Source: Proteromonas lacertae
Taxonomy: Eukaryota
Assembly: GCA_002245135.1 (NCBI GenBank)
Contig: NGBS01000293.1
Span: forward strand, 62,001-126,000
Reading direction: 5' to 3'
Length of the DNA stretch: 64,000 nt
Under the pieces are notes generated by a model, which did no database searches, was not told where the DNA came from, and worked only from the letters and a program-made list of their open reading frames with translations. Positions 10,658-24,217 of this stretch are shown here, in pieces; the first letter of the stretch is position 1; every line of letters starts with the position of its first letter. The position numbers were made by a program, and so were the translations under genes.

Positions 10658-13600
10658 ATGTTTGGAAAGAAGAAAGACGGTGGTTCTTTCTCTGAGGGTG
10701 ATGGAGTATAGATCCATACATATATCTTTTATTTCTTATAGATTGGGACAGATCACGATGTGTCAGGTGTATTACAAAATGTGTTCTTTTTTGGTGCTTT
10801 TCCAGACCAAAAGACATTCAAAGTAACATTTATTTAATTATAATATGTAGGATATGCCAAAATTGAGAATGATTGATATACATCCTGTTAAAACATGGGT
10901 ATTAGTAGTTAGTGAAGATGAAAGAATAGGAATATGGGATTATGAGCAATGCACAATTATTCTAGACACAACTGCACAAGTATCTATTTATTATAAGTAA
11001 TTATCAATAGCATATTGTAAATACTGTATATGAAGATGCAAAAATGCATAATTCATTATTATCAATAAAAGGATACAGAGCATCTTCCCGTCGTCCAGAA
11101 GTTCCACCACTAGAGATGAAAAAGCCATTTCAACTAGGTGTATTACAATCTGCACTATTCTATGATGATGAAGTATGCATGTGGCTAACTTCCTCGCCTC
11201 AAACCTCAGTCGAGCTTAAACAACATTATATATTATTATCAGGTCCAAATGGTATATGCTTATTCGATTATAAAGAAAACCTTGCATGTTGGATATCTTG
11301 TGATAAACTTGGTCAAAAAAATGGTTCAATTACCTACTGTAGTCCAATTAACTCAACTACTATCCTAATAGGAACCAATGATGGTTCATTGATTTTCTAT
11401 GACTTAACACACTACAAAGTTGGACATTTAGTAAAAGCTCACTTGAAATCTGTCCAAAGAATAGTTTCTATTCCACTCTATACATTCACTAATTCTTGCC
11501 CAGATTTCAACCATTCTGATCCATTAGTACGGTTTATTAGTTATTCCACCAATGGTAGTGCTATCTTATGGAATATTGAGAATGTAAATGAAGAGAATAA
11601 ATATTATAAATATAATTTAGATGCAGTAACTCATAAAGGTGGAATAACATCATTAAACTATGATTTAGATAATGATCTGATTATAACCTATGGTTCTGAT
11701 AAGAAATTGAATATTTATGATTTAAAATCATTACCTGAACAACAACCTGGAAGTCTTGAACAAACGATTACATTCAAATATCAATTAAAAAATATTCAAA
11801 AAGCAGCATTTTCATCTATCACAATTGCACCATCTTTACCTGGATTTATATTAGCATGTAATAAACATTCTAGTTTATTAGCCTTATCATTATATGAGAA
11901 TAAAGATTCCAAATCATCCTCACCGTTAATGTATAATTTAGGTAATTGTGCTGGATTTTATCAAGGTTTACCACCTAAAATGACTAGTATAGGAGTGTAT
12001 AGACATCCACTAAGATCAACAATAGTAATACTAGCCACAACACAAGGTATATTTGGTATACAATTACGAGAAAGTGTTCCTTATCCATTGATCTCCAAAG
12101 AAATATGGAGTAAGAATAAAGAAATAGCGAATAATGATGAGAATATAGATGGAGTAGCTAAGAAGAATAGAATTACTGGTGAATTAGCTAGATGGTATTT
12201 AGAGAATACTATTGATTTAGATAGTGCTAATGATGCTGCTAGTAAAGGAATATATAAAGAGAATGAAACAATGATGTTATTAGGATATTGTACGAGAGAA
12301 TTAGATGAAACATGTGAAGGAGATGGAATATGTATTATATACTATATATATTATTATATATTTAGATTCATATAAAATAAAGACTAAAACTCCAATAGTT
12401 CATACTACACCACCCTATTATGTACCAGAAATAGAAATATTATCACGTCTGTTTGTATTAGAATTTAATCCAAAATTAAAGATTAGAGAAATGCCAATAT
12501 GGATATGTAATAGTACAGCCAAATTTATTACACTCTTCTGGAGAATGAATAGATTCTATTCATTATTCAAAATTAATGATTATGGCGAGAAATTGTCATT
12601 AAGATTGATAGATAAAGGAAATGTAATAGATTTTGTTTGGTCACATAATGAAAATCAATATGCAGTAGTTCAAGATAAGGCTGGTAAAGCAACAACAATA
12701 GATTTAAAGGAAATACAACCAAATTGTGAAATTGTTACTAAAACTGTAGAAATCAATGTAAATGGTAATATTCATAAATTATACAGTGGACCATTGTTAG
12801 GTGTTGGTTTTACCGTTACAAAGAATAACAATTCTGAGGATAAATTTCAATTTTTTAATTGGAAGCCAGAAATACCCAAACCCAAGCCAAAAGAAGATCC
12901 GAATGCTGTAGCAGCTGCACCAGTGGTAGTTGTATCACCAGAATCTAAAGATGATGAGAATGAAACACCTTCTGAAACACCAACACCAGTAGTTGAAACA
13001 CCATCAACAGTACCACAGCCATCTCCACCACCACCAGAGAAGAAGGAAGAATCTAAACCAGAAGAACCACCTAAAGAAGAACCACCAAAAGAACCTAAAC
13101 CATCAGAAACTCCAAAAGAAGGTAGTGGAGAAGGAGGTGAAAAGAAGCATCATCATCACAAACATCATCATAAGAAAGATAAGGATGGTAAAGGCGGTGA
13201 TGAGAGTGAATCAGCAGCTGAAACACCTAGAGAAGGAGGTGAAGGAGAAGGTGGTGAAAAGAAGAAGCATCATCATCATAAACATCACCATAAGAAAGGT
13301 GAAAGAAGTTTATCATCATCAATGAGATCTGATTCTGAACCAAATGTGCCATTACCAGAAACTGAGAAACCTGTTGCAACATTAGAACCAGTACATGAAC
13401 ATGATGAATTACCTCCACCACCAGCATCAGAAGCACCAAAAGAAGAAGAAGAAGCAACACCTGCACAACCTGCTGTCCCAGTAGAAGAAGTACCCAAAGG
13501 TGGTGAAGAGAATTTACCAAAGGATAATGCAGAAGATGCAGAAGAGACTGATGGTGGTGATGATAAGAAGAAAGATAAGAAGAAGAAACATCATCATCAT

Positions 13601-15677
13601 AAGAAAGATAAAGATAAGGATAAGAAAGAAGGAGATGATAAACCTAAAGAAGATGATAAGCCAAAAGAAGAAGAAAAACCTAAAGAAGATGATAAGCCAA
13701 AAGAAGAAGAAAAGCCAAAAGAGGAAGAAAAACCAAAGGAGGAAGAAAAACCAAAAGAAGATGAGAAACCAAAGGAAGGCGAAGAAGCAGCTCCAGCAGA
13801 AGGTGGTGAAGGTGAAGAAAAGAAGAAAAAGAAGCATCACAAAAAAGATAAAGATGGAGAAGGTGGTGAAGGAGGAGAAGGAGAAGAAAAGAAGAAGAAA
13901 AAACACCATAAGAAAGACAAAGACGGAAAGGAAGGAGAAGGTGGAGAAGGTGGAGAAGGAGGTGATGGAGAAAAGAAGAAGAAAAAGCATCACAAGAAGA
14001 AGGAAGGTGAAGAAGGAGGAGAAGGTGGTGAAGGTGGCGAAGGTGAAGAAAAGAAGAAGAAGAAACACCATAAGAAGAAGGATAAAGATGGTAAAGAAGA
14101 AGGTGGTGAAGGTGAAGCAGCAGCACCACCACCTAGTGAACCAGCTCCACCATTACCATTACCAATGGAAGCGCCATCTGCAGGAGCAGTACCTCCAGCT
14201 ACAATCACACCCAAACCAGCAATACCACCACCACAAGAGGAAGAGAAATTAGAACCATTCCTAAAACCATTAGGTGCAGTATTACCACAACCACAGATAT
14301 TGTGTTATAATGATCGATATTCAAGATGTGCATTGTTATATCCAACCTTTATACAAATGTATATATACATATATATTATTATTATTTATTTATATATTAG
14401 ATTTGCTACTACAGATGTATGGACTCCAATTGGTACAATCTATAAACACTGTCAATCTGCCTTATGGTATCATGATTCTTTATTTGTTGTTACTCCAACT
14501 GAAGTTATTGTTTTATTCCCTGATGAAAATGGAACTAATCAATTCGTATTAGCTTCAAGATCAGTAGCAGATCAAGCAATGGATCATGTATATATATATA
14601 ACTATTATTATTTAATAGTTATTACCACAACGAAGAGATGCTGAATGTGATCCAGTTTACATGCAATTAGAAGAAGATAATATTCCGCCAATACAAATAA
14701 TGCGACCAGGTTATCATTCAATAGTAGGAGTGTTTAATTTGTGTTTAATTGTAGCAACTACTGATAAATTGGTATATCCAATATCATTGAAACATCCATT
14801 GATTATTATTAATATGTTGATTAATTCACAAGAAGTATATATATTATATATTTTATATATATTATATATATAGATATCACGTGCAATTGAATGGACTAAT
14901 AGACTTCCACCAGCTCAACAGAATGTAATTGGTAGAGTATTAATAAGAAGAGGACTCTTACCAGAGTCATTAGATATAAAGGAATTAGATCGAACTTTAA
15001 GAGTGAAAGTATTAATAGAATTAAACAAACCAAAAGAATTATTTGATTTATTTGAGAAAGAACAGAACATTGAGTGTTATAGAGATGATTCGAATAAAGT
15101 GAATGAATTTAACAGCATTCCAGTAACTCCATTATATAAGAAAGTGTTAATATTGTTTGGAACGAATGGAAAGAAAGATTATTTATTAAAAATACACAAA
15201 TATTTTGAAGATAATCGACGATATGAAGATTGTGAATTTACAGCGTTGTTATTATCTAAAACCAATCCTGATATATTCTTACAAACATTGAAATTAACCA
15301 ATAGATATGCAGAAGCAACTGCATTTGCAAAAGCTACTAACAATAAACAAGGAAAAGAACTTGTAGAAGAATGGAATAAATGGTTAATAGAATATTCTCA
15401 ACTTACTCCATCACTTCAGAACTTGGAAATTAAATCAACAGGTGTATCTGGTGGTAGTGGAGGAAGTGGATTAGGAGGTGGAGGAACAACAACAACAACA
15501 ACAACAACAGTAAGAAAGAGAGGAGCTAAAGGAGCAGCAAGTGAAACTAAAGCTGAGATTGGTGGTGCTAAGAAAGGATTGAAAGGTAAGAAGGATGAAA
15601 AGAAAGAGGAAAAGAAAGAAGAAGGAGGAGTTAAAGCTAGACCTGTGATGAGAAAACGAGGTGCTAAAAAGACATAA
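10658..15677 (+). CDS. tstF: TSET/TPLATE complex WD40 subunit TTRAY2/TWD40-2-like, with a large low-complexity insertion (multi-exon)
   Basis: Spliced N-terminus IDIHPVKTWVLVVSEDERIGIWDYEQ and GVLQSALFYDDEVCMW resemble, from recall, plant TWD40-2 (QVHPTHPWLVTADDSDHVSVWNWE; GSVKQVKFYDDDVRYW). A WD40 region is followed by a helical C-terminus. Confidence 0.7.
13110..14120 (+). repeat. Coding low-complexity repeats: (GEG)n-KKKKKHHKK units and 18-bp KPKE(E/D)(E/D) tandem repeats
   Basis: Directly visible in the translation of ORF 12305..14644. There are about eight KPKExx units at ~13640-13780. Confidence 0.85.
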
Positions 15678-15796
15678 ATAATACTATTTGTAATTAATTT
15701 ATTATGTTATTTTTAATATATAGATATTGTTTGTTTAATGAATTATATACTTTTCAATTTGACATGAAATAATTTAAGAATAAAAAGTATTAATTA

Positions 15797-17359
15797 TTAT
15801 AATCTATTATTAGAAACTAACACATTTCCTTCTTGAATAGTTGGATTATACCCTCTCTCACGTACTGGAGGCATTTGTACATTCGTCTTACCATTCACAA
15901 CCAATAATGGATTATAACTTGTAAGTACTTCATCATTTACTGCTATACCATCTAGATATCTCTTTAATAGATCTTGCAACTCTGAATTCTCAGCTTTTAA
16001 TCTATCTCTTTCTCTTTCTATTGCTAATTTATCAACCATAACTTTATTAAATTTCTTATAAAAATGATCCAGTGAATTCCATTCTTCGATTTCTTTCTCA
16101 TTATCTAAGAATTTTGAATGATATTCTTTAACTTCTTCTTCTTTTTGTTCGTATTGTTTTGATGCATTTTGTACTGCTTTCATCATCTCATTTGATGCTT
16201 CTTCTGCTACAGCTTCATCTTCAACACTCGATGTATAAAAGGGTAAGACTTTTTCTCTTTCAGTTTCATATTTTCTTGCCATTTCTGCATATTTTAATAA
16301 TCTAATTCCTTGTTGTTTTGCATCTTCTAATACTTGGTTAGTTTGATGAGCTGTTTTAGTCAATTCTATTAATCGACCATTCTGTATATCTCTAAATTGA
16401 TTCATCCTGTTCTTTAATTCTTGATAATGTTTTGTTACACTGTCTTTTTCAGCTTTTACAGCTTTATTTCTTTCTTCACATTCTCTTATATTGGATTTTA
16501 TCTTTGTTCTCCAATGAGCTATACTATCCTGTAGTCTATTGATTTTTCTGATTTTTATTGTGATTTCTCGAGTTAATTCCTGGTCCTTTTTGGTTAGCTT
16601 TTTAAAATCGGCTGTTATTTGATCTGTATTTTGTAAATAATTTAAATGAGCTGCTTCAAAATGTTTTTCTAATTCCATTATTTGACTTTCTAACGTAATT
16701 CTTAATACATTCAATTCTTCTAGATTTTTATTTCTTAATTCTTCTCTTGCTTGATCATGATCTTGTCTTTCTTCGTTTTCTCTTTCTTTTTCTTCTTCTT
16801 CGACTGTTAACATTACATCTTCTAATTCTTTTTTATCTTTAGCATGACCTTCTTCTATTTGTCTCTTTTCTGCTGCAAATTCTGATTCTAATTCATGTAA
16901 TTCTTTTTGAAATTGAGATTCTAAAGCTAATAATCTACTATCTTGTAATTCTATTAATCTATCCATATTTTGTAAATGACGACGAAGTGCTACTAAATAT
17001 TGTTCATCAGCTTCTTCCAAATCTCGATCCAACATCTGGATTATAGCGTCCTTCCTATCAATATTTCTTTCGTGGCTCTGAGATAAAACTTCCAATTCTT
17101 TCCTTAAACTTTCAACTTTTGCCATTCTCATTATCTTTCGCCACTGTTCATCAATCTTCCTTTGGTTTCTCTTAGATAATTCCATTTCAGCTAGTAATCT
17201 GTTTTGTAAATATTTTCGAGCTTCTTCAGCCATTTTACGAGCTAGTTCCATTTGATCGAATTGTCTTAATTTATCATCGAGGGCTTTGTGAGCATCTGAC
17301 TTCTCTGTTTTCTTCGTGCTCACACTCATACCCTTCATCTTCTTTCGTAACTTTGCCAT
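15797..17359 (-). CDS. DRC2: Dynein regulatory complex subunit 2 (CCDC65), intronless
   Basis: WRKIMRMAKVESLRKELEVLSQSHERNIDRKDAIIQMLDRDLEEADEQY, RKYETEREKVLPFY and LKRYLDGIAVNDEVLTSYNPLLVVN are typical DRC2 segments. Confidence 0.9.
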   Translation of the reverse strand: MAKLRKKMKGMSVSTKKTEKSDAHKALDDKLRQFDQMELARKMAEEARKYLQNRLLAEMELSKRNQRKIDEQWRKIMRMAKVESLRKELEVLSQSHERNIDRKDAIIQMLDRDLEEADEQYLVALRRHLQNMDRLIELQDSRLLALESQFQKELHELESEFAAEKRQIEEGHAKDKKELEDVMLTVEEEEKERENEERQDHDQAREELRNKNLEELNVLRITLESQIMELEKHFEAAHLNYLQNTDQITADFKKLTKKDQELTREITIKIRKINRLQDSIAHWRTKIKSNIRECEERNKAVKAEKDSVTKHYQELKNRMNQFRDIQNGRLIELTKTAHQTNQVLEDAKQQGIRLLKYAEMARKYETEREKVLPFYTSSVEDEAVAEEASNEMMKAVQNASKQYEQKEEEVKEYHSKFLDNEKEIEEWNSLDHFYKKFNKVMVDKLAIERERDRLKAENSELQDLLKRYLDGIAVNDEVLTSYNPLLVVNGKTNVQMPPVRERGYNPTIQEGNVLVSNNRL

Positions 17360-17574
17360 ATTGCTCTAAATAGTATAAAACGGTTGCTTTCTCAAAATAA
17401 TTTTTCATAACCCCATAATATTCTTTTATGAAATATCCGTTTTTAATTTTTTAAAACTCAATTATCTCATTCTGTTGTTGATATACATCATAATATTATG
17501 TATTATTTTTTATTATTCAAAATAATTCAACAAAAAGTAATAATAAAGTATGAAAGTTATCATTATATATCAAG

Positions 17575-20500
17575 TTATATTCTTACTCCTCCTCCTACTT
17601 GTTTATCAGTTATTGGAATCTTTTTTAAGGTAGATTTAGATGTACTTCTTTTTCTAAATATTCCTGTTCTTAATAAACAAAATACAATCACTAATATCAC
17701 AATTAATCCACCTGCTATTGATCCAACTGTTATTCCAGCTATTGCTCCACTACTTGTTTCACATTCACTTTCATCAACTACACTCCAAACACCTTTATTC
17801 TCATCAGTTAATAGACATTTTCTTTTCTTCATTCCACTTTTACTTCCTCCACATTTTATTGATACTTCTTTTCCTCCTTTCTCAGCTGGAGTTCTTGGAA
17901 ATCCAGAATCAGATTCACAAAATACTGCATCAAATTCTATCTCCACTTCTACAGTCTCAATCTCTATTGATGGAGGATTTCGAATTGTAAAGGTATATTT
18001 CGTTTTTTCTACATATTCTAATGGTGATCCATATATTTCTCCAGATTTTGAATCTAAGGATAAGCCTTTAGGTAATTCTGGATTTACTGAAATTTCAAGA
18101 TTTGTTCCAACTGCAACAAATAAATATACTGATTTTACTGATTCACCAAATTGGAATATTTTATTTGATATTTTTGTTGATGGAACTATCACTGGAATAT
18201 CAGGAATTGAACATGATAATATAAATGAAAATGAAACTTGTTTTCCACTTCCACTTATTAAGATTGTGGTATTTACTGCATCAAAACTATTAGATATATA
18301 ACCACTTATTCTTCCTTTCGAAGAATCAAATTTCAAAGTTGAGAATGGAAGATTGGGTATGATTGAATAAACTAAATTCTTTCCAGTTATTCTTCCTAAT
18401 TCCAATCCTTCATATTCTTTTCCACCTTCGATTGTTATATTATCTTCATGTCTAATTATTACTAGTTCTACAGATTCTTCAACATTTATTGTGATTGGAT
18501 TGGATATTTCACCAGCATTATTATGACATTTGAATGTATATGATTTATTACTTGGTGGTTCTACATTTACTTTTCCACTTATTATTCCACTATTTTCATC
18601 AAATTTTAATCCTTCAGGTAATGCTGGTTCAATTGAATATAATATAGTCTTTGCAACACATTGATATGGTTGAATATCATCATAATTCATTCCAAATATC
18701 ATTTTCACTTCTTTTTCATATTTTATATTATTTGGTTTGATTGGTAATGTCACATTCATTTCAATTGTTATTTCAACATAATCAACTTCATTTGAAGCTG
18801 TGAATTTACTTCTCATAGAATTCTCTTCAATCACCATTCCAGAAATTAAACCACTTCTTTTGTCTAAACTCAATCCATTTGGCAATTTATCTACACTATA
18901 TTCAATATTTTCACCTATCACATAAAATAATTTCAATTCTTTATATTCTTTACCAGCGTCTAATATCACTGATTCATTACTCCACATTACTATTGGATTT
19001 TTGGAAGGTAAAACAGTTATGAATATTTCAATTGTTATACCTTCATCACTTCCTGAATAAGCATTATTAGCTTTGAAATAAACTGGTTTTGATGATTCTT
19101 CAATATATGCTTGACCAGATATTAAACCAGTTTTATTATCTATTCTTAAGCCACTTATTTCAGGATTCATTGAATAGAATACATCTTTTCCTGAAACTGT
19201 GAATAATCTCACATTTTCATAAAAATCACCTGCTTTGAATGTATAAGATGTTTCTTTACTAATTAAAGATGGACTTTCATCACATGTATTTTCGATTTCA
19301 TTCCACCATTTATCATTATTACAGTATAATGTTCGATTTCCTGTTATACCTGATGTTTTACATCCAATGGTTATTTCTGTTCCAGTTACAGTTTCTGGTA
19401 TATCTTCTGCAGCTTCACAATATCTTAATGGACATAAATGGAAATTTATATCATAAACCTCAAAAGCATCATAACTACTTAAAGTGTTTGTTACATTGAA
19501 TCTAATTGCTGAATACATAACAGAAGTAGTATAATTGGAAAATACTCTCTTTAAATTATCTGGATAAGTTATACCAGTAAAAGATCCAATTAAAATCCAT
19601 TTTGAATTGTAATATCCTTCCACTGAAAAATCTTTTGGACCATTATTTTTAGAATATGCATAAATACTGAATTGATTGAAATATGTGTGAAGATGATCTT
19701 TATATCTCATTATTGCCCAACCAGGAAGTTTGTTATAAAACCATTCTGAATTAGGATTTTCATCAAATCCATAAGCTGCATGAAAAGCAGAATTACTGGT
19801 ATTTGTTTCAGTTACCATTTTTGAGTATTTATTAAGAATTAAACAATCTTCTTTACTTCCAATTATTCTTAATAAAGATGAACTTATTTTAGGGAAATTA
19901 TCTTCACCATTGAATTTGTGTAATTCAATCGAAATTTCAACTGGATTTTCTTCTAACCAAGGAATTGGAAGAATAAACACTTCATCTGTTAAAACATCAT
20001 ATCGATTATTTGCCATTGTATCTGGAGATATTTCACCATTTGGTAAATTATTTCGAAAGATTTCTTTTCCATTCACTTTTATTATTATTCCACTTATATA
20101 ACTCACTTTTAAAGCAAATCCATTATATTTATCTTCATAATCAAATACATCTATCTTTCGAATATAAATCACATTTCCAGATACTTTGTTTAATTCAGAT
20201 AATTTGGATTTTGACCATGTTAAATGTTCAGCATTTGGATTATCCCAACCATCTTCATATTCAATTGAATTTTCCCATTCTGCATTATAATCATAATCTA
20301 ATGTTGAATAAAAACTCTTTTCCAGTTTTGAAACATCCTTAGATAAAGATGTTCTATCCACTGGAATTCCATCAACTAATACATCTATAAAACCATTCCC
20401 ATAACCTGAATATTTATCACTGGATCTATAAACTGCTGTATATTCATCTTTTGATAAACAATATTCATACTCATATATTCTATCACTTTCCCATTTTTCA

Positions 20501-23500
20501 TTTTCTCCAACTAAATCAGTAAGTAAAATATTATTCATTTCAGATGTTTTATAGAGAGAAAATCCCCATTTATTTGGATTAGTTTTTGCACTTCCATTCA
20601 CATGAATTGTAATTAATGATTTACCTAGTTTTGGACATACTTTACTTTTTATTTCACCATAAAATGTTAAATTCAAAAATGTTGTATTTATGCCATTCAT
20701 ATTTGATCCCACTATTTTATATTGTTGTTTTGGTGATTCTTCTGTTACTACACCAGTTATTTCACAATTTATTTTATTAAAATGTAAAAACGAAGGTAAT
20801 TCTGGTGATATTTCACAATTATCTAATACATGAACTTTAGGCTTGATTTTTACATCTTCATTCAAAAAATATTCATCTATTATATTTGAGTAATCTATAG
20901 TTGGAGATTTTATTACAGTATTTATATTAATTTTATCTGTTGTAAAGTATGTTACTTCAACTCTATCAGCAAGTTTTCCATCAGTGTAAAATTCAAACAA
21001 AAATGTTCCAGAAGATGACGAATATTGAGTATCATCATACTGAAATATATAATCTCCAGGAATTAAACAAAGAGATGGAAAATATAATGGAGGTGATCCT
21101 TTTGGAATTGTATAATCTTTAATTAAAGTGCTATTTGAATATTTATACTGACATGTAATCTTCTCTCTCGGATTAATTGTATCTACTACTTTCACAAAAT
21201 GAGGTTTATATTCACCTGAACATCCACTTATTACATTTGTTATAATTTTTCGACTTACATATTCACTATTTGAATAATAAGCTCGAATTTCTAATTCATA
21301 ATTATTTAAATAATCAGTTGGAAAGATTGTTATACTTCCACTATATTGATCATATGTAAATCCATCAGGAATAACTGGTAATTTATAAAAAATAACAGAT
21401 CCACTATCTATACTTATTAATAAATTACTTTTATATCCGATGAACAAATTCAATTCATCTACTATCGTTCCTTCATTATCTAAATCTTTTATATGTAAAC
21501 CTTGAGGTTTTACATCTCCTATCACTTTTATAGATATGGTTGTGTTTACTGTTGAACCATCAGATAATTTACCATTTATCACATAAGATTTCACATCTTG
21601 AACTGTTGTAGCTGTTCCTCGAATTGTACAACCTGATAACTCTAAACCAGGAGGTAAACTTGGCATTGATTCACACTCACTTATTATTTCATCTCCTTCG
21701 ATAAATGGAATATTGTCAGATATTCGATTATTCACTATATATACTGCATAACTAACTCGATATTCAAAATCTCTTCTTGGAACAAAATATAAAACATCTT
21801 TCAATTCTTTAAACTCTGAATCTAACTCATTCTTATAAGATAATTTTATTCCACTTCCTCCTACATTCTTCATGTAATTCACTCTTATGAAGTGATATCC
21901 TTCACTCAAATATTTTATTCCTGTTTTGCAACTCCAATCATGAATTCCTTTGTGGTTGATTATCTCAATAAAATCAATAAATAACCAAGATCCTTGAACA
22001 GATGTTAAATTGAATGTATAATTTCCTGATCTTTCTATCTTTATATAACCTTCCCAATTTACTCCAAATTCACTGGCAAAATTGGGAGTTAAACCATCCC
22101 AAATTGATTGGATTGGATTATATTCTTCATTTATTTCATCTTCTAATCGAATTATTTCAGTTGTTACACCTTCACTTGAAGGAGTATAAGGATTTAAACA
22201 ACTTGTGTCAAATTCATCAGATTTTAGATAATAAGCGACTATTCCTTTTATATATTTATCAATTATATCAATATGGATTTTCACTTCATTTGTTGTGGAT
22301 GTTTCTGTTGAACATTCCACTCTTAATTCTAGATTTATCACTTCATTTATTTGTCCTTTCAATATATGGTTTGTAACATCAACTATTATTCGATCATCTC
22401 CTGTTCTACATTCACTTGCTACTCCTCTTTCGATCTTAAATGGAATTTCAAAATAAGAATTCATTGGCATTGTAAAATATTCACTATCAAATGATAAATA
22501 AGAAACTACATTATATTCTACTAATGATTGATAATAATGAATTAACTTTTCTTCTTCTTCATTTGGTAATTTCCATTTCAACATTAATCTATAAGTTGAA
22601 TTATTATCCATTTCAGTACAAGCACCTGAACCACATAAATCCTGTTTTAATGAATAATGACCAATTATTTTGATTTTATGATAGCCAGATGATAATTGAG
22701 CTGGCACATATTTATCTGATTTATTCCACACACTGCATTTAGTAGAATAATAGGTCCAATCAATTCTATATTCATAACCTTTTTCAGCAAAACTATAATA
22801 GATGCCATCGTCAATAAATGCTTCGAAAGTAGTAAAATCAGAATTTCTATGAAAAGAGTATTCACCATTCTTTGGAGCATAAAATGCTCCTTCCATTGTA
22901 TAATTCCAATATAATACATTATGACTTGATAAAAATCCATCTAATTTATTATCCCATACTGAATAAGCATCTTCTCCATCTAATCCATCTAAATTGTCAA
23001 TTGTTGTTTCTTTACTGTTGTATATTGTTTTTATTGCCTCTTCAATACCACATTTAAAATTATTTACATGATCTACTTTTATATTCAATCCAGATTTTAT
23101 TACTTCATCAGCTTTGGAGATTATTATTGTGGTTGGAGTTTTACTTTTACCAGCTGGATTTTCACCATTTATTGTTATTCTAATATTATTAAATATCATC
23201 TACATATACGTTATTGGATCTTCAGGAGGTGCTAATTCATCTATTTCTAATATTCCATCATCAGAGATTGATATTGGATACGAACCAGATGGATTAAAAC
23301 TAATTGACCAACTTTTCACTCTCTTGTCACTTTTACAAGGAAAGGAATCTATTTGTTTTGCTCCAATTGTCAATTTAACTAATCCACATGTTAAACTATT
23401 GGGTATATCCCAAACTATACAAGTAATTCTAAATTTATACTTTTCATTTCGATATTAGTTTTTATTACTAAACCATCTGGTGTTTCTAATGAAACAGTAT

Positions 23501-23769
23501 AATTGGCTTGATATTCTTCAAGTGGAATACCACTAATTTCACCAGTTGTTGAATCTAATCTTAACCCTTTACTCAATGAAGGTGAAATTGAAAATTTTCC
23601 TCCTTCAATAGTAATATTTGGATGATTTGGAGTAATCTCATTTCTAACAACATAATCTGGTTTAGGATTATCATAACTGAAAGATTGCTCAGCTTGTGTA
23701 TAAGCTAAGCAAAAACCTATAAATAAAATACACACATATACAAATAATAAAAAATGCAATATATTGCAT
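17575..23769 (-). CDS. Giant type-I membrane/surface protein (~2,037 aa) with PA14, putative Ig (He_PIG), galactose-binding/discoidin-like and Cys-rich domains
   Basis: Signal peptide MQYIAFFIICFCLA after removing introns 23717-23741, 23415-23440 and 23180-23209; the spliced length is divisible by 3. Repeated LPxGLxLDxxSGxISG motifs, PA14-like FGVNWEGYIKIERSGNYTF, a TM helix AIAGITVGSIAGGLIVILVIVFCLL and a short basic tail. Confidence 0.85.
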
Positions 23770-24217
23770 TTGTGTTTCTTGTTTTTTTAAGTTTTTCTTG
23801 TATTTTTTGATATAAAAATCATACAACTAAATTTTGTTTATTATCATTGTTCATTAAGACTTTAAATAGGTTATGAAGTATGTTATTGTATAAATCTCAA
23901 TAAATAATTTCACAAATTATTAGATAATGAATAAATATTTATATAACACATGTCTACACACGAATTATTTTATAATGAAAAAAGGTTATATTGATTACAT
24001 AACACTTCTTGTTTAAAAATTCTCAAAACTTTAGCGTATAACACATTAGGAATAAATATTAGTAGATATAGCATATTTAACTTATTTAATAATCTAAAAT
24101 GTTATATCAGTTAGAGTTTTCTTAAGGTAATTAGCTATGAATGTTTTTAAAAAGAAATAATTCTAAATATCCCTTACAGAAAGATTAAATATTTATTCAA
24201 TATACACTTCAAATTAC

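Noticed and set aside
12993..14252. Multiple overlapping and antisense ORFs (e.g. 13500..14252, 13514..14071, 13680..14132)
   Set aside because: These are shadow frames of purine-rich low-complexity coding sequence. The same applies to 17498..18301, 26733..27035 and other antisense ORFs.
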